DNA of 64,000 nt from Kondoa subrosea (taxonomy: Eukaryota). The DNA is taken from NCBI GenBank assembly GCA_039545335.1, contig BCIN01000002.1, positions 1,501,118 through 1,565,117 on the forward strand. Direction: 5' to 3'. The notes beneath the pieces are model-generated. The model was not told the origin of the DNA. It saw only the letters and a program-made list of their open reading frames with translations, and ran no database searches. The position numbers were made by a program, and so were the translations under genes. This document shows positions 27,836-42,175 of this stretch, piece after piece (within the stretch, counting starts at the first letter, position 1; each line of letters opens with the position of its first letter).

Positions 27836-29109
27836 TCAATTTTTCGGTATCATAGACCGATATCGCACTATCCGATCTCCATCCAAGGCTATAAGCTTCT
27901 CAACAGCCGACCGGCACTCTGTCTTTTCGCCTTGTAAAGAATGATACTGCGCCAACGCATTCAAAGCCCATCGAGAAGTCAATTCTCCTTCATCCAGATC
28001 AGCTAGTTCAGCAATAGACTTGATTTCCGTTCGAAGTAAATCGGATCGCCCTATATGAGCTAAATCAGGCTTATCCAGCTTGAATGACAAAAGACATACG
28101 ATCAGGAGGATATTGATCTACTAACCAAGGGTGATAAAACCATCCGCTCTGATCTGCCGGATCTGTATAAAGCGCTTGACGAACCAGCTCGAACTCTGTC
28201 GAGATGCGGTATCTCAACATTTGTATAGGATAAATGGCGAGCTACAGCGCTGACCTGAATTCAATAACTTTATCCTCTCTTCCATTCTTTCAGGCAACAA
28301 CTTTTCGCTCAAAAGTTTGGATCGATAATGCCATGCCGAGAAATTGGAAAACGAGGACATGATTTTCGAAGTAGTGTAATCGAATTCTGTCTGAGGTGAG
28401 CTAGTAGATGGTGACGAAGCTAGAATGTGTCTTCTGTAATCCCATCCATGGACTGCAACCAATTCAACATTACCGATGACTACAGTATAGAGCTCAGAAC
28501 TCACAATTTCGAGCATCTGCTTCCAGGAATTTGTTGACTAGACCTAATTCGAAGCGCCAGTCGGGTTCAGGTAGTACTCGTAGTAGCCATTTCCGATGCT
28601 CCCAGACGGAATAATTCTTAGGATTCTGGCGCAACGCTTGAAGAGTGAGAAGAACATCTTGCGACAGTAGTTGCTGGCGCTCATTTGCTTCGCTGTACAT
28701 ACTCAGTCAAAAAGGACCAATATAGCTGTTCATCATGCATACTCACTTGATACTCGACAGCATGTGTAGTAGCAGTCTTCTGCGATAAGACCATGCAGTA
28801 GGCATCTCTGGATTGAGCTCAATGACTCTGGCAGTGAGAGCTAGCTTCGACGAGTCCATGATACGTTGCGAAGACTGCTCTATTTCGACATGAGATTCGA
28901 CATGACTCCAGGCCAATCATCGACGACTGACACAGCGTAGAAGTTCTTGAGACACTGAAAGGTACTCTTGTATCGCTCTGGCTTCCTTAGCTTTGCGTTT
29001 CGTCTGAGCTTGATCAGATTCTACCGCATTTGAACGCTTTACACCATGTTGCTGCTGTTCAATGTGATTCATGCGTGATCAAGAGATGACAGCGACATGA
29101 GCCTACCAT
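27836..29109 (-). CDS. BET4: Rab geranylgeranyltransferase (type II) alpha subunit
   Basis: ATG|intron|..HGVKR start; ELNPEMPTAWSYRR, LRQNPKNYSVWEHRKW, LEADARN|FHGWDYRR, SFSNFSAWHYRSKL, LYTDPADQSGWFY PFTA repeats. Confidence 0.9.
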
Positions 29110-29261
29110 CGCGATCCAGAAGGCAGCAAGTAGTCTTGTATTGGCTTTGGCTGTAGGCGAAGAACAATACTTATAATGCACTCGTTACTTGTCATTACAT
29201 TTCTGCACTATCTACATTACAATCTGAAAGAACCACAGTCCTTGATCACGCTGACTTTACA

Positions 29262-30929
29262 CTATGGCACGGAATGCGTGATAGTCAAGGCTCTGTACGT
29301 TTCCTGTCGAGAGTCTAGAGTGCTTGTCGATTTGACTCTGAGCAGCTTTGGCAGTCGAGGCATCCTGCTAGGCGGTTGGCTGTCGAAGAAAGGAGCGATG
29401 AGCTTAACTTCTGCTTTACTGCTTTTGTGTAAATGGCTATGAATCGAGGGAGCGCGAGTCTGGGACAGCGATAATCAGCAATTGAGCGAGACTAGGCTAC
29501 AGAGAGCGCTCACAGTGATAGAAGAGCGCTGCCAGTCTTTGTCCCTGCTTTCTTCTTGCTGCTCATCTACTTCTTCCAATATATCCATAGTGATTCCAGA
29601 TGCAATTGAAAAGCCAGAAGGGAAGACAGATCGCTTAGCAATTGTTGCTTCTTTTTCCTCTTGGACAGCTGCTTCTGTATCTCTTTCCACACATGTAGCA
29701 GTATGGCTTTCTTTCCAATTCATGCTTTCGCTCAGAGCCCACATTAGCTATTTATAATCCATAAGTCTGGTATATACCATGCTTAGGATGTACCCACAGT
29801 GACTGAGTAGACTCTTGCCAGAATTACTACAGAGAACGAATTTCATTTCAGCTGTGGTCGGCATCAACGATAATTGGACGAGCTCACAGAAGCAAAATGC
29901 TGAGATAGACGGGTGATTGACATGGCGCAGTGAACAAACCAATCCCAGCAGCGCGATAAATGTGACTGGGATGGCGCAGAGAATGGTCAACCGCACAACA
30001 GAACCGACCAGAATCCGCATACTACAGACTGAGAGTCAGTAGAGGCAGGCTCAGATACCGCAGAAATCTTACGTCTTGCTGAAGCATACTCTCTTCCCTT
30101 TCAACAACACATAACAGGTGATTGAGGTCGGGAAAAGTGCTGCAGCTGCCGTGCATGCGTTACGTCTGATGAGGATTCGGTTACGGTTAGCTAAGTCACG
30201 CCCTGACGAAAAAGTACTCACGCTTTCATTGTCCGCAGAAACAATGACAAGAGCTGTACTAGAATAGTAAAGTACTGGACGCGTCGAGCGGAAAAGAAGA
30301 AACTACCCTAGGTGTAGCTTGTGACGGGTTTGATATCAGAGCTGGAAGCACATGTCAGCATTCCTGAGTCAAGCGGGTCGGAAGACATACTAAGGCAGAC
30401 AGCTTCCGCAATGTAAGAAGCTATTTCGCAGATGTACAGAGAGCCGAGAAAAGCTGCTATCGACTTCTTCCGTCCAGAAAGCACCCAAGCTTGCCGAGAG
30501 AAGTAAAATTGTCCTAATGCTATTGCTGGAATGTCGATGAAGCTTGCAACCGTATTCGATATCGGCAGTGATATCATCATGTTCGTAAGCATATAGGGAT
30601 TTGCATACTTCATCCATGCTGAAACATATTGCAGTATTGTCGCTGTTGCACTTGAAGTCAAGATCGCGTAAACGAGGAAAGTCGTGTAATTCTTGCGATT
30701 GTAGTATTTACTATGTTTGCAATATGCTTAGATTCATCTGGTTGATGTGGCCAATCGACGTACAATAAATACGTTCCACCTATCGGATGCAATCATTGTC
30801 AGCCCTGGTACCAAGTTTCGACAGAGACTTACTGAGCACTATAATCATCCCGCCTAAGCAGCCTTGCACTAACCAAGCAAGCACCATTGCCTGTTCCTGC
30901 GCTTCTACGCGCAATGATAATGTCAACAT
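29262..30929 (-). CDS. Hypothetical multi-pass membrane protein (DUF6534-like fungal TM family) with cytoplasmic tail
   Basis: MLTLSLRVEAQEQAMVLAWLVQGCLGGMIIVL, then several hydrophobic exons (IALGQFYFSRQAWVLSGRKK, ILVGSVVRLTILCAIPVTFIALLGLV, VYTRL) and a charged S-rich tail. Confidence 0.6.
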
Positions 30930-32512
30930 CCGCAAAACCAGCAGAGTCGCCCATCTTTACTGACTTTGCGTTGGTTTGATCATTACTCTCAAATGAAAAG
31001 CGGTCAAGACCCGATCTGACTGAAGATCAAGAGGAGCGGTCGTACAAATCAAGATTCTGAAATATAGTTTGTGGGAACTGGTGCCTTTATCATGCAACAG
31101 GTCTGAGGAAAGGGCGTTCTGGGGTCATATTCTTGCTTTTCAAGCCTGATTAAGGACCAGTCGGAGCCGCAGAGGGACCCGCAGACGAGGAAAGAGGGCA
31201 ATAACTAGAAATGCCAAAAAGCAGCAGGAAGCCAATCCAGCAGTCGCGTCACAAAGCGCGACTATTTGGTGTATTGACGCTTTCAAAGGAGATGAGGCTG
31301 CTTTCAACCGCAGCGGCCGGAGTGCTCGATCCTGATTATGCTCCGAGTCAGACAAAGATTGAGAATGGATCTCAGGCTTTTCTTCCAAGAGCGATGCCAA
31401 TGTTACCGGATACTTCATTCTGGTCCAACAGCTTCTTCCTGTGAAGCTCTTGCGACTACTCAGGCGTGCTGAGATGCCAAACACGGGTGTCGGCTTTTGT
31501 CATTTGGCCCTTTTTGTTTCTTCAAGTCTTCTTCTTTCGCTACTTTTCTTTATGACTTGTCTCGGTGGTGATGTTTGCTGCAGCTCTGGGACGTCTTTGT
31601 CTGTCAAATCATTTGCGTCAATGGCGAGCAACGCGAAACGGGTTGTTTGGCCAAGCTGTGAATCTGAACTGTCATCCCTCTCAGGCTCGTAGCTTATTAC
31701 ATAGTTCTTGCCGCCGGTCTGATCCCGCTCATAGTAGTAGTGCAGCGCTTGCACAGCTTTTTCCCAACTGTGATTCGAGATGTCTCTGCCTCGCGCGTTC
31801 TATGTTTACTTGATGGTCATTGATCCCTAAATTTTCCCTGACTGTACTCAGCGCTTTAAATAGCAACAGATGGGCGAGCTAGGAGGAGTTATTCGCAATG
31901 AGAGGTAAGTCTTCGGCATCAAAGGTGATCTGATGGGCTCGAAGCGAGAAGTCCAGGAAGTGAAGATTAGTGCAGGACGGGACACCAAGATCGTGTAGGA
32001 CGATGCAGCTTCGTCTATTGTAGCTCAGTCTCGTAGTGCGCTATGCATTTCAGAGTATTCGACTGGCGACTTGCAACGCATTGACCTCCATTGTAGAATT
32101 TCTTCAACCTTCCTTAGTAACTTACGACCACCTCTCAACCTCCTCTCACTTATGTGCAGAGCTACTTACGACGGCACATCATAGCAAGGCCCACGAATTC
32201 AGGAGGTTCGCAAGTGTCACTTGTTACAATTCTAGCTAAAATCAAACATCCCTCATTAGATCCATAGAACTCTCGTTAACGACATATCCGAACCTCGACA
32301 CTCACTCACTAGACTTATCGACACTACTGACAGCTTCATTAGCCGCATACGCATCGCTCGGCTTTCGTTGCTAAACACAGGACTTTTTCTTTGGGTCATT
32401 CATCCGACTCTGGCTGCTTGCATACACTCAATCCAAGTCTGCTCGACTACGGTATACCGCCCAGTAGTCCTGCTAGAGACCGCTGAACCGGTGCATTTCA
32501 ACGGAACATCGA

Positions 32513-35500
32513 ATGGCACAGATCGCGCTGAGTTTGCCTCAAGATATCACCTCTTCAGCGTTTGGCAACACAGACTTCATGTCTTCCTCCTCACAGGGAC
32601 AAGGAAACACTGCTGGCAACAGCGGGATGTCAAGCACCAAATCAATGAAGAATCTAGCTGCGATGGCTCCTAGCTCTCAAGCTCAACGGATACCTTCTCC
32701 AATGGTACACTCGCAGTCGCAAGGCTCCATTCCCAACATGTCATCTATGCCTCATCGATCAGTCGCATCACTTGGAATGGGTCAAAACTTTGCTTTACCA
32801 CCGCACCTGCAATTCCCCTTTCTAACACCTTCGCCTCAGCTCATGTACCCTCCTGGCACTCAAATCCATCATGCTGCTCCTGGTATACCCACCTCAACAT
32901 CATTCTTCCCTCCAGTAGCAAGTGCACCCCAAAATCAAGCAGATTGGCAAATGGCCATGCAAGCTCAAGCAGCTCAGCAACAGCAAGCCTGGTCTCAGCA
33001 GAACTCTCCTATACCTAGTCCTATACCTTATTACTATGGACAACCTGGCCAATATCCTTTGATGCCTCAACAACATATGCAACCCCAATCAATACCTCAA
33101 CCACCTCAGATGCAATCTCAGCAATATCATCAACGTACTCTTAGCTCTACCTCATCATCCATCAGCTTTCCTGCTCAGTCAAACATACAAACAAGAGAAA
33201 GATCAGAATCTGCATCGCGGGCGAATCTAGATACTTCTGAATATGGTTAGTTTCCACATGACATGTGATAATCATTCATTAATTAACTCCTATTGTAGGC
33301 GGAGGACCCATAAGAGGCAACCCTCGACAACGAGCAGAGTCTGGCTCATCTTTACCTTCCAATTCTCTGCGTCGTGCTGCTGCTGGAGCTGTCCCTTCAC
33401 CTCAGCAACACCCTGGTATGCCTTATCCACCACGACTGAGAACAGACAGTGGAACATCGTCCAATTCCTCCCACTCTAGGGATCGCAAACCTTCGTCCAC
33501 CGATGATTCCGAACGTTCAATAACACCGACACCAACTACTGCTGCTCCGAGCGCTTCTACTTCTCGCAGTGCTTCTCCTCATCCTTCACAACCCGCTATG
33601 TCCAGACATCAGTCAGGTACTTCAATCAGTACGATCAACAGACCTTCACCTTTGGGTCGTTCTGATACGCCTACTTCTGAAGGACGACCGTCAGAAGATA
33701 GAGGGATTGGCTATGTGATGGAAAAGGAGAAGTCTGGCGGACTTAGCAAGATCAAGAAAGCCTTCTCGATGGGTGCCTTGTCGAATCCTGGCATGAAAGC
33801 CAGTCGCGGTCATGAAAAGGGAAGACCGTCTAATGATTCCTCGTCTTCTTCTCTATCAGCTGCATCTACACCTCCGCCTGGAACACCGCCAGATGGAGCT
33901 TCCGCTGTTCATCCCCGCGTGTACGGTGCGGATCACTCTACCTCGACATCAACTCTACCTTCTCAACATCATAAAGGTCCGCCGCCCTCAGGCAAGAACA
34001 GATTGGGCATGCTGTCAAAGATGAACAGCTCCACAGATAATATCTCAATCTCTTCCACTGTTTCTTCCGCATCTATGATGATCCGCAAGATCGGTACTTT
34101 GGGCGGCCGATTAGGCAAGCGTGGATCATTAAGAAGTATTGGCTCCATGTTCTCGAAAGATAAAGATCGCGATTCGGACGCGGTGAGCGAAATGGGTGTA
34201 CCTGGATCAGCGAAACTCAAGAAAAAGGATAAAAAGAAAGCAGCGCTGGCCGCTGCTTCTGTTGCTCATGTTACAATTGAACAAGAACATCCTCCTTCGT
34301 CTCAGAATGGAATGACTCCTGCTGCTGCTTTGGCTCAAAGACACCAACAAAGATTTGCGGAACAAGAGGCTCAAGCTGAAGCTGCTGCTAGAGCTCAAAG
34401 GGACGCTGATCAAGCCAAAGATGCGGACAGGCTAAAAATTGATGACAAGCGATTGAGAGGGATCGAAAAGGAGAAAGAAAAGCTGAAAAGCAGGAAACAG
34501 AAAAAATGGGGGATGGGCAGTTTCAGCGGATCAAATTCGCTTGGTACTGCTTCGTCTACTACTTCATTGGATCATCATCAAGGCGTGGGCGAATTTGGCG
34601 AAGGCACTCAGCGGGACGATGCTCAGTCTATCAACGAGCAATACTTTCAAGACAATGCTTCAACTTATGATGACAGAACACCAAGAGCTTCCGTTGATTT
34701 GGACGCTACTGTTCAGCATTACGAACATCTGGATCTGCGCAACACCGCTGGACCGGAAAGGCTGGAATCCTATTTCGACGACGATACCGCTTCTTTTCGC
34801 GCTGGTTCCGGTTCTGGTGTGAACACGCCTCGCTCTTTGCACGAAGAGAGTGGATCAGAATACGAAGGCAGTCTCTATCGCGGCAAGCAGACTTACCATG
34901 CTGAACCGATGAAGACTTTCCGACCGGTCAAAGGTATTTTGAAAGGTGTGTTGCTCTCTGTTTGTAGAATTGATGATGGTCGCTGAAGTGCAATGCAGCA
35001 TCTCGATCATTCAATCAGGAAGTCTACATGCAACCGGATCGACCTTTTGCTCGTGTGCGATCTAACTCTTATGATGTACCGGGCAACAATCAAAATGTGC
35101 CACCTCAACGCAGCGATTCGCACGTCAGATCGAACAGTGCTCAGAACTTGAGTCAATTCATCCCTGATTCTATTCGTGGTCGACCACAAGGTTTTGATAC
35201 TTCTCCACCCGAAACACCTCGTAGCGATTCTCCCATTCAAGCACCCCTACGCGGGCCAGGTCGACCATACCTCAATTCAGGCATGAATGTTTCAGCACCT
35301 GTACTCAATACGATTGACGCGCCTCACATGACCGCACGAAGTACCACAAACCCTCAACCAAGCAAGAAATTATCGTTTGCTCAAAATCTTTCAGTTCACA
35401 CTACTTGGCCACCGAACGTTTACGATAGAAGAGGAGATCAGGCTACTTGCAACAAGTTGACACCTGCTTTAGCTCAACGAATCAAGTGAGTCTTCCGTTG

Positions 35501-35674
35501 CACTGGAAACACATCGGTACTGATTGTTCATTCTGCTCAGAGAGGAGTTGAATGCTTATAAATTGAATGAAATGAACGTACATCAAACATCTAGAGTGTA
35601 TACTCGTGAGTTGTTCTACTCATGTGTTGAAAACATACTCACGTCGCCGGTGCGAACCAGACTTTTTTGCCTGA
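32513..35674 (+). CDS. BNI4: BNI4/Phactr-like protein phosphatase 1 targeting subunit
   Basis: Long disordered body, GILK motif (VKGILK), RVxF-like KKLSF and C-terminal YDRRGDQATCNKLTPALAQRIK|EELNAYKLNEMNVHQTSRVYT|HFFA*, matching the recalled Bni4/Phactr C-terminus. Confidence 0.75.
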
Positions 35675-36010
35675 ATACCAACAAACTTCCAATCTTCGCA
35701 TGTCTAGCATTCATTTCTTCACCTCAGCATTCTCATTCAAAGAAGTTCTTCCCCTCCTTTCATGGACTTTTATCTTTCAAAGATGTTATTAATCATAAAA
35801 CTTCGGTAACTCGGGCTTGTATAGAGTTTCTCTCTCTCCGTGTAGCTACAAACCATTGAATACCATAGGAATTGGCATAGAAAGCAGTGAAAAGCGCATT
35901 TCGGTTGACTGACATTCTACCCTGCTTCTTTCTTTCGCTTTGTTTACTTTCTCCGTGAATTTGGACTTCTCAGCCTTTGTTCCGAACTATCACTGCTTTG
36001 CGTATACAAG

Positions 36011-38167
36011 ATGCCGTCAAGCAGAATACTCACACCTACTTCTTCGCAGCAGCACACAGCAGCACCACCTCTGCCTGAGAAATCTGGGTCGCCTGTCAAG
36101 AAAATCAACAACAATGCATTGGCCTCATCTGTTTATGCCAGTTCTGGTACTTCTACGCCTTCGTACGAGCGCAGTAGTCAAGGGCACAGTAAAGAGCCTA
36201 CTATTCAATCATTATTAGCTACAAATAGTCATGGCGTGCCATCGCATATTAGAGGAACGAATCGCATGGATCTGGATGACAAGACTTTGACTGGTTTGGC
36301 TTCTTGGAGAAGAGGGCAGGGCTTCAAACAGTGGGAACAAGCTTTGTTCAAAAGTCCTGAAGTCAAACGAAAAGCAGACATGGCTCAATTATGTTTGTCG
36401 AAATTGTGCAGCTATATAGATATACTAAGCTGATTATATGTGTACATATAGATTTCCTGGATTACTACTTTGATGTGATTTCTTACCTTGGAGCAAGAAG
36501 AGCTCGATTAGCTACTTTCAAAAACGATGTAGCAGAAAGAAACGTTACTGGTGCTGAATTGGCTTCGGAGTGGTCTTCCTATTCTGGAAGAGAGCGAGTC
36601 TTGCTAAGGAAGAGAAGAACAAAGTTGCACATGGATCATTTCCATATTATTACGCAAGTCGGTCAAGGTGGTTATGGTGAAGTTTATCTGGCAAGACATA
36701 GAGAGACTGGTACCGTTTGCGCTCTGAAGAAGATGAGGAAGAGTGTCCTAGCCAAGATGGATGAGGTTAGTAGGGTTCTTGATAGGCTGAAGCCAGTGCT
36801 CACGCTTAGAGTTAGATCAAACATATTCTGGTGGAACGCGATATCCTCACTTCCACCAAATCACCTTGGCTCGTCAAGCTGCTTTATGCGTTCCAAGATC
36901 CTACTTACGTCTACTTAGCTATGGCATGTCTTTCTTGCAATCTTCAACTGCTGTGAGCTAATCTATTCTGTGCAGGAATTCGTTGCAGGCGGTGATTTCC
37001 GGACCCTCCTCAATAACTCCGGTGTTCTAAAAGAAGAACATGCTCGTTTCTATATTGCGGAAATGTTCCTTGCTGTCAACGCATTACATACTTTAGGCTA
37101 CATTCATCGAGATCTCAAACCGGAAAACTTCTTGATCGACGCAACTGGTCACATTAAACTCACAGATTTCGGATTAGCGGCTGGTGCTCTGAACCCACAC
37201 AGAATAGAAGGTCTGAAACATAAACTGGATAAAGTCAAAGATCAAGAACTCATCTATCGCACGACGTATGAAATGAGATCGATGTACAAGACGCTACGAA
37301 TGGCTGAACCAAGATATGCCGATTCGGTAGTTGGTAGTCCTGATTACATGGCTCCCGAGTCAGTACTTCCATCCATTCCGATATAAATCATGTCTGACTG
37401 TCGTTGAAGGGTTCTGCGTGGTCATGAATATTCTTTCAGCGTTGATTACTGGTCTCTCGGAGCTGTTCTCTTCGAGTCAGTCTCGCTTGCTGTCTCAAGA
37501 TCGTAGTCTGACGCGTTGCAATTGAGCAGATTCCTTTCCGGTTTTCCACCTTTCTCGGGTGCAGGAGCTGAAGAAACCTGGAACAACTTGAAGAACTGGC
37601 AAAAATGTCTTCGTCGACCTCACTACGAAAGGGAAGAAGACAAGATTTTCAATTTATCTGATCAAGGTTGGAGTGCGATCACTTGCTTGTTGGCTGACAA
37701 GAAAACTCGATTTGGAACTTTGAGTCAAGTCAAGAGTCATCCTTTCTTCAATGGTATTCAATGGGATACTTTGAGAGATACTAAAGCACCTTTCATTCCT
37801 GCTTTGGATTCAGAGGAAGAGTGAGTTTCTTTTGTAGCTATCAGAAGCATGATTACTGATGTTTTTAAATAGCGCTGGCTACTTTGACAACTTTGAAGAT
37901 CCAGCTGATATGGCTAAATATGCTGAAGTGAAGGAGAAACAACGCAATGTTGATGCAGTCGAGGAGAAAGATGAGCCTTTCAACCGTGGTATTTGGGTTG
38001 GCTTCACGTTGGTGCTTCCCATGTCTTTGGAAGATTGGGGCTTATCATAATTTTTTGACAGATTCAAACCAAAAAGCAAGGTCTCTGCCGATGAAGTGTT
38101 GGGTTTCGAAACTGCAAGTCACTCAAAAGACAACGCAGATGACGATGAACTTCGGGTTATGTTCTAA
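36011..38167 (+). CDS. DBF2: NDR-family Ser/Thr kinase Dbf2/Sid2 (mitotic exit / septation)
   Basis: FLDYYFD, YSGRERVLLRKRRTKL, TQVGQGGYGEVYLA, IHRDLKPENFLID, KLTDFGLA, SVVGSPDYMAPE, AGYFDNF, WVGFT|F; includes a GC-AG intron at 36924-36975. Confidence 0.95.
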
Positions 38168-38384
38168 AAAGGGCTTCATTCCATCTCGCAGGGACACGTT
38201 TTCCCGTACTCACTTTCTTGACAGCAGCAGCAGTATAGTTCTCGTTTCGTTCAGAGCTTTTCACGTGTAATTCTCACATTTTTGTTTCATGCATTGCTAT
38301 GTATATTGGATATCATCGTGTATTATAAAATTACAGTAACCCGCTTCGTTCGTTTGATACCCATCCGTGATAATCTTTTTCTTG

Positions 38385-39546
38385 TCAAGCTGTTATTCTT
38401 CCCATTGTTTGAGCAGCTTTTGAAATCACCCAACCAATCCAACCTTGAGACTCTCGTTCTTCTTGCAATACTTCATACAAAGTCGGTCTTCTTGCTAATT
38501 CAGGAATGAAAAGCCTTACTACCGGTGCGTTTGAGAGAATGGATAGTGGAATTGCTAAAGGTAAAGAACAGAGCCAATGTAAAAGATGATGTTTCTTCTC
38601 GTTTGCTGACTTTGAGCTTGTTGATGGCTGTTCAGGAATTATCACTTCTGTTCTTTCACTAGACGGAGGCGGTGCGATTTCGATGAGTGGTAAATTAGCA
38701 GCTGGTAAAGGTGAGGTTTGCGTGGAAATTTGTCTTTTGGTAATGGATGCTGGTAAGATTGGAGAAGAAGAAGAAGGTAAGATAGGAGAAGAAGGTCTTG
38801 TTGAGCTATCGCGAGAATGATCGCCTAGACTAGAGGCGAATGAAGTGCTATGACTTAGATCCGCTGTGATGGGTGAAGGACTTTCAGGACTTTGATGAGC
38901 GTAATCTTGAAAGTGGACGGAAGGACTAGGGGTCATCAAGGATTCGGCAGAAGGTAGACCATTGCCTGAGACGCGCTTCTTGCGCAACTTGGCTGGCTGA
39001 GAAGACGGTTGCGATTTGACTGATGAAGCGTTGGAGTCTCTTCGTGATCGATTGGATGAGTTGGATAGAATACGCTGACGCTGGTCAGAGTCAAGCCTGT
39101 TCCTCAATTGAGCTTTCAGGTTGTCAAAATTGTCCAAGCTTGTATCACCGTCCTTTGAAGCAGAAGAGGAAGGGAACGGTACAGAAGAAGAGGGAGTCTG
39201 AGGCCCGGATGCAGTACTGCAAGCATGTCAGTCCGCTTGCCTTGTTTACGGGTTTCGATGAGCACATACCTGTCTCGCTCAATTATGCTTGACCTGCGAC
39301 TATCATTATCGTTTCTACTCTCCTGCCAATCCACATCTTCGAAAGTGAGCTTGCGACTCGCAGTTGGTCTACTGGAAGCTGGTCCGCTTGCATTGCTACC
39401 TAGCAGATTCAAAGCACTTGTTCAGGGAACTTTATCAGCTCCTTATTGCTGTGCTGTTGAAGGGTGACTCACCTCTTGCTTGCGCTCATCCCTGAGCTGG
39501 ATGCTTTCCTCCGTCGCGACTTCTTCTCTTTCCCTTCAGTCGACAT
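38385..39546 (-). CDS. Hypothetical S/P-rich protein with C-terminal hydrophobic segment
   Basis: ATG at 39546 (MSTEGKEKKSRRRK), GTGAGT donor at ~39472, long ORFs 39116-39412 and 38385-39137; no family recognised. Confidence 0.6.
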
Positions 39547-40098
39547 TTTGGTTTGAATGAAACCTGCCCGACATGTTCATTTTCCAAATATGTGAAACCT
39601 TGATGCTGGAAATCGTAGCATGAGTCATCTCTAGACCAGATAGCTCTGTTTTTTGATTCAAATAACTGCTTTGCTGTTCACTGCGAGCGCTAGATGAGAA
39701 GGAGGGCTATGTGATGTCTGCCTTTTCTCAAGCCGCAAGTTTGCTTCCAGTCTCTACCTTATAGGCGATCTCATTGTGCTCAGTTTACAGTTGAAACGGG
39801 CTCTACTCTTCGCTTTGAGGTTTTGTCGCTGAGTTTTGGGGAGTTGCTCGTGACTCATGTAGCGAGCCGGTCCAGCTGAATGTCTTTTTTACCGCCGAGA
39901 CCTGAAGCGTGTCTGTAGCACGTCTCGCACATGATCCGGCAATCTTGTACATCTACACACTGTACAGCCTCTTCGCAAGCACTGCAAACCATGTTGCCGT
40001 ACATCTTTAAAAACCTATTGTGCTTCGCCGTCGAACCACACTGCCTCTTTGATCTCTTCTGCCATCTATCAATTCTATGCCTTGTCAGCTCATGAACC

Positions 40099-42175
40099 AT
40101 GCCGTTACTTAATCGGAACTCATCCCACGAATCGTCATCTCCAAGAAGAGGATATTGGCATAAGCTCAGCATACCTAAGGTCTTCCTAGATACTGGTACT
40201 CGTATCAGGCTTCAACTTTACCTCCTCATTCTCCTGCTTATTCCAGTCATTATCCTTCTTCTCTTATTGCTTCTTGCACCATATCATACGCTTTCAACCA
40301 AGATCTGGATCATCAGAGTTTGTGGACAAATATGTGACTCGAACATATACATTGGTATTCTTTCAGCTTGTTCGCAAATCAACGGAGGAAAGAAAGCTTG
40401 TTATGGCGGCAAACCAACCAATTACTGGACTGCAGCTATACGACAAGTCGTCCCTAGGATCTTGAGAGATGCTTTACCGGAACACGACAGCTATCAAGGC
40501 TCTTTTCTAATCGTATCTCTGGTACTTTTTGGTTTGGCTGAATTTTGTCTTGGTTTCGCTTTACATCGCATGCACCTCTATCGACATCGATTCAAGAAGG
40601 AACCTAATTTCCATGGTCTGCAAGCTATCGAAATATCTTCCAGGCGTTTTTCGACGTAAGCTGTTGGAAGAAGGTTTCATTGCCTCTACTGATTTCGTAC
40701 ACAGCCTGGCTACTCAGCTTGTGACAATGGCAACTGTGTTAGGTGTTGCCGCGACTACTCAACTCACAGCAAACGCGCATGCGGCCAGTGTGAGCTTCAA
40801 GATCATCGCAAGAAACTCAGGCGGGGTAGGCGAATTCAATCGGATTAGTTTGGGTCCGGCTTTGAAAGAGCTCTGGGCAGTATGGATAATATCAGCGTGA
40901 GTTGAATATACCTTTTGCTCTCAGACCACAGGTAAAGACCGCGTTCATAGCTTCTTCCTGCTTTTCGCTGCGCATTTGTTGTACTCCAAACACTCGCCTT
41001 CGGAACATCTTGCACGAAACGAAATAGATCATGAAAGTCATCATCATGGACATCCAATGCAAATGGCTCAGCAATTCATGCAACATCCTGATTATCAGCA
41101 ACAGTTCCGACAAGCTGATCCAAGACAACCTTCAAGGTCCCATAGATCGACTTCAGTCAGCTCTTCAAGCTCAAGTGGTCATGACCAACCACATGAAGAA
41201 GTACCTCATCATGCAGCTACTCTGAGAAGCTACATGCCTTCGCGCCAGCCAAGTGTGATCAACCCAAATGGTCATACCTCAGTAGCTGCGTCAGTTCTTG
41301 CTACTCCTCAAGCCGCTCAAGCTGAATTGAATCATTCACGGCCACCTGTAGAGGCCATGCATGAATTCGCGGAACATCCACCTCGTCCTCTTTCTTCGCT
41401 CCATCAAACACCTTCGCAAGCTCATCTCTCATCGAATTTAGCCACTCATTCTCGAACCAATCCTCCTTCTTCTCCTCGACAGAATATAGCTGCTTCCTTA
41501 GCCGAACAATACACTCAGCCTCCGCGCGATGGGAGACCAAGACAACGCTATCGAGCTCCCTCTTCAGTAATCAACAATTTCTACCCTCCTCTTCCTCACA
41601 ATACCAATACAGGCAGCACATCGTTGACCAGTGCTCAAGATCCCAGGCGAAAACAACATCCTTTGGAAACTACGCCTTCTCAGCGTTATTTCGATCGAGA
41701 AACTCGCAACAATTCTCAAATACCTGCTGATTTCGAAAGACCGCCAAGACAAGCTGGACCTCGACAACCTGGAAAAAAGGGACAGGGATTCGTTAGTCGA
41801 GCGTTGAGCCGAATCAGAAATCATGGTGATGCTGCATCAATCAGATCAAGAGGTCGAACGAGGTATCGCGGAGAAGAAGAAGCCGATAACCAGTCTTTCG
41901 TCTCTAGCACTTCAAGGGGTAGTAGACGATCTCAGTATCGTTCACGAACTAGAACACCGAACAGAACTTACAGAAGGAGAAGTCGACCTGGTTCTATCGT
42001 CTCAGCTAGACATCATAGCAGAAGAGGACGACGACCAGCTTCGATTGCTTCATCTTTACGGAGTAGGAGTAGACGATACAATCACGCAAGACATCAAGCA
42101 AGTTCTATGCATAGAAGGCTGTCTAGACCAAAATACGGACGCCAAAGTTCGTCTAGGAGTGGTAGAAGGAGATAA
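40099..42175 (+). CDS. SUR7/PalI(Rim9)-like tetraspan membrane protein with long R/S-rich cytoplasmic tail
   Basis: TM1, Cys-containing loop (IYIGILSACS..KKAC), further TMs, ISLGPALKELWAVWIISA, introns at ~40656 and ~40897, then ~400-aa disordered tail. Confidence 0.55.

Noticed and set aside
31100..31850. Several overlapping 60-115 aa ORFs on both strands
   Set aside because: No consistent splice path or recognisable motif; treated as intergenic or UTR.
32015..32070. TAGCTCAGTC..GTAGTGCGC..TTCGACT resembles tRNA A/B boxes
   Set aside because: No D-loop GG and no acceptor or anticodon stems could be folded; tRNAscan-SE would settle it.
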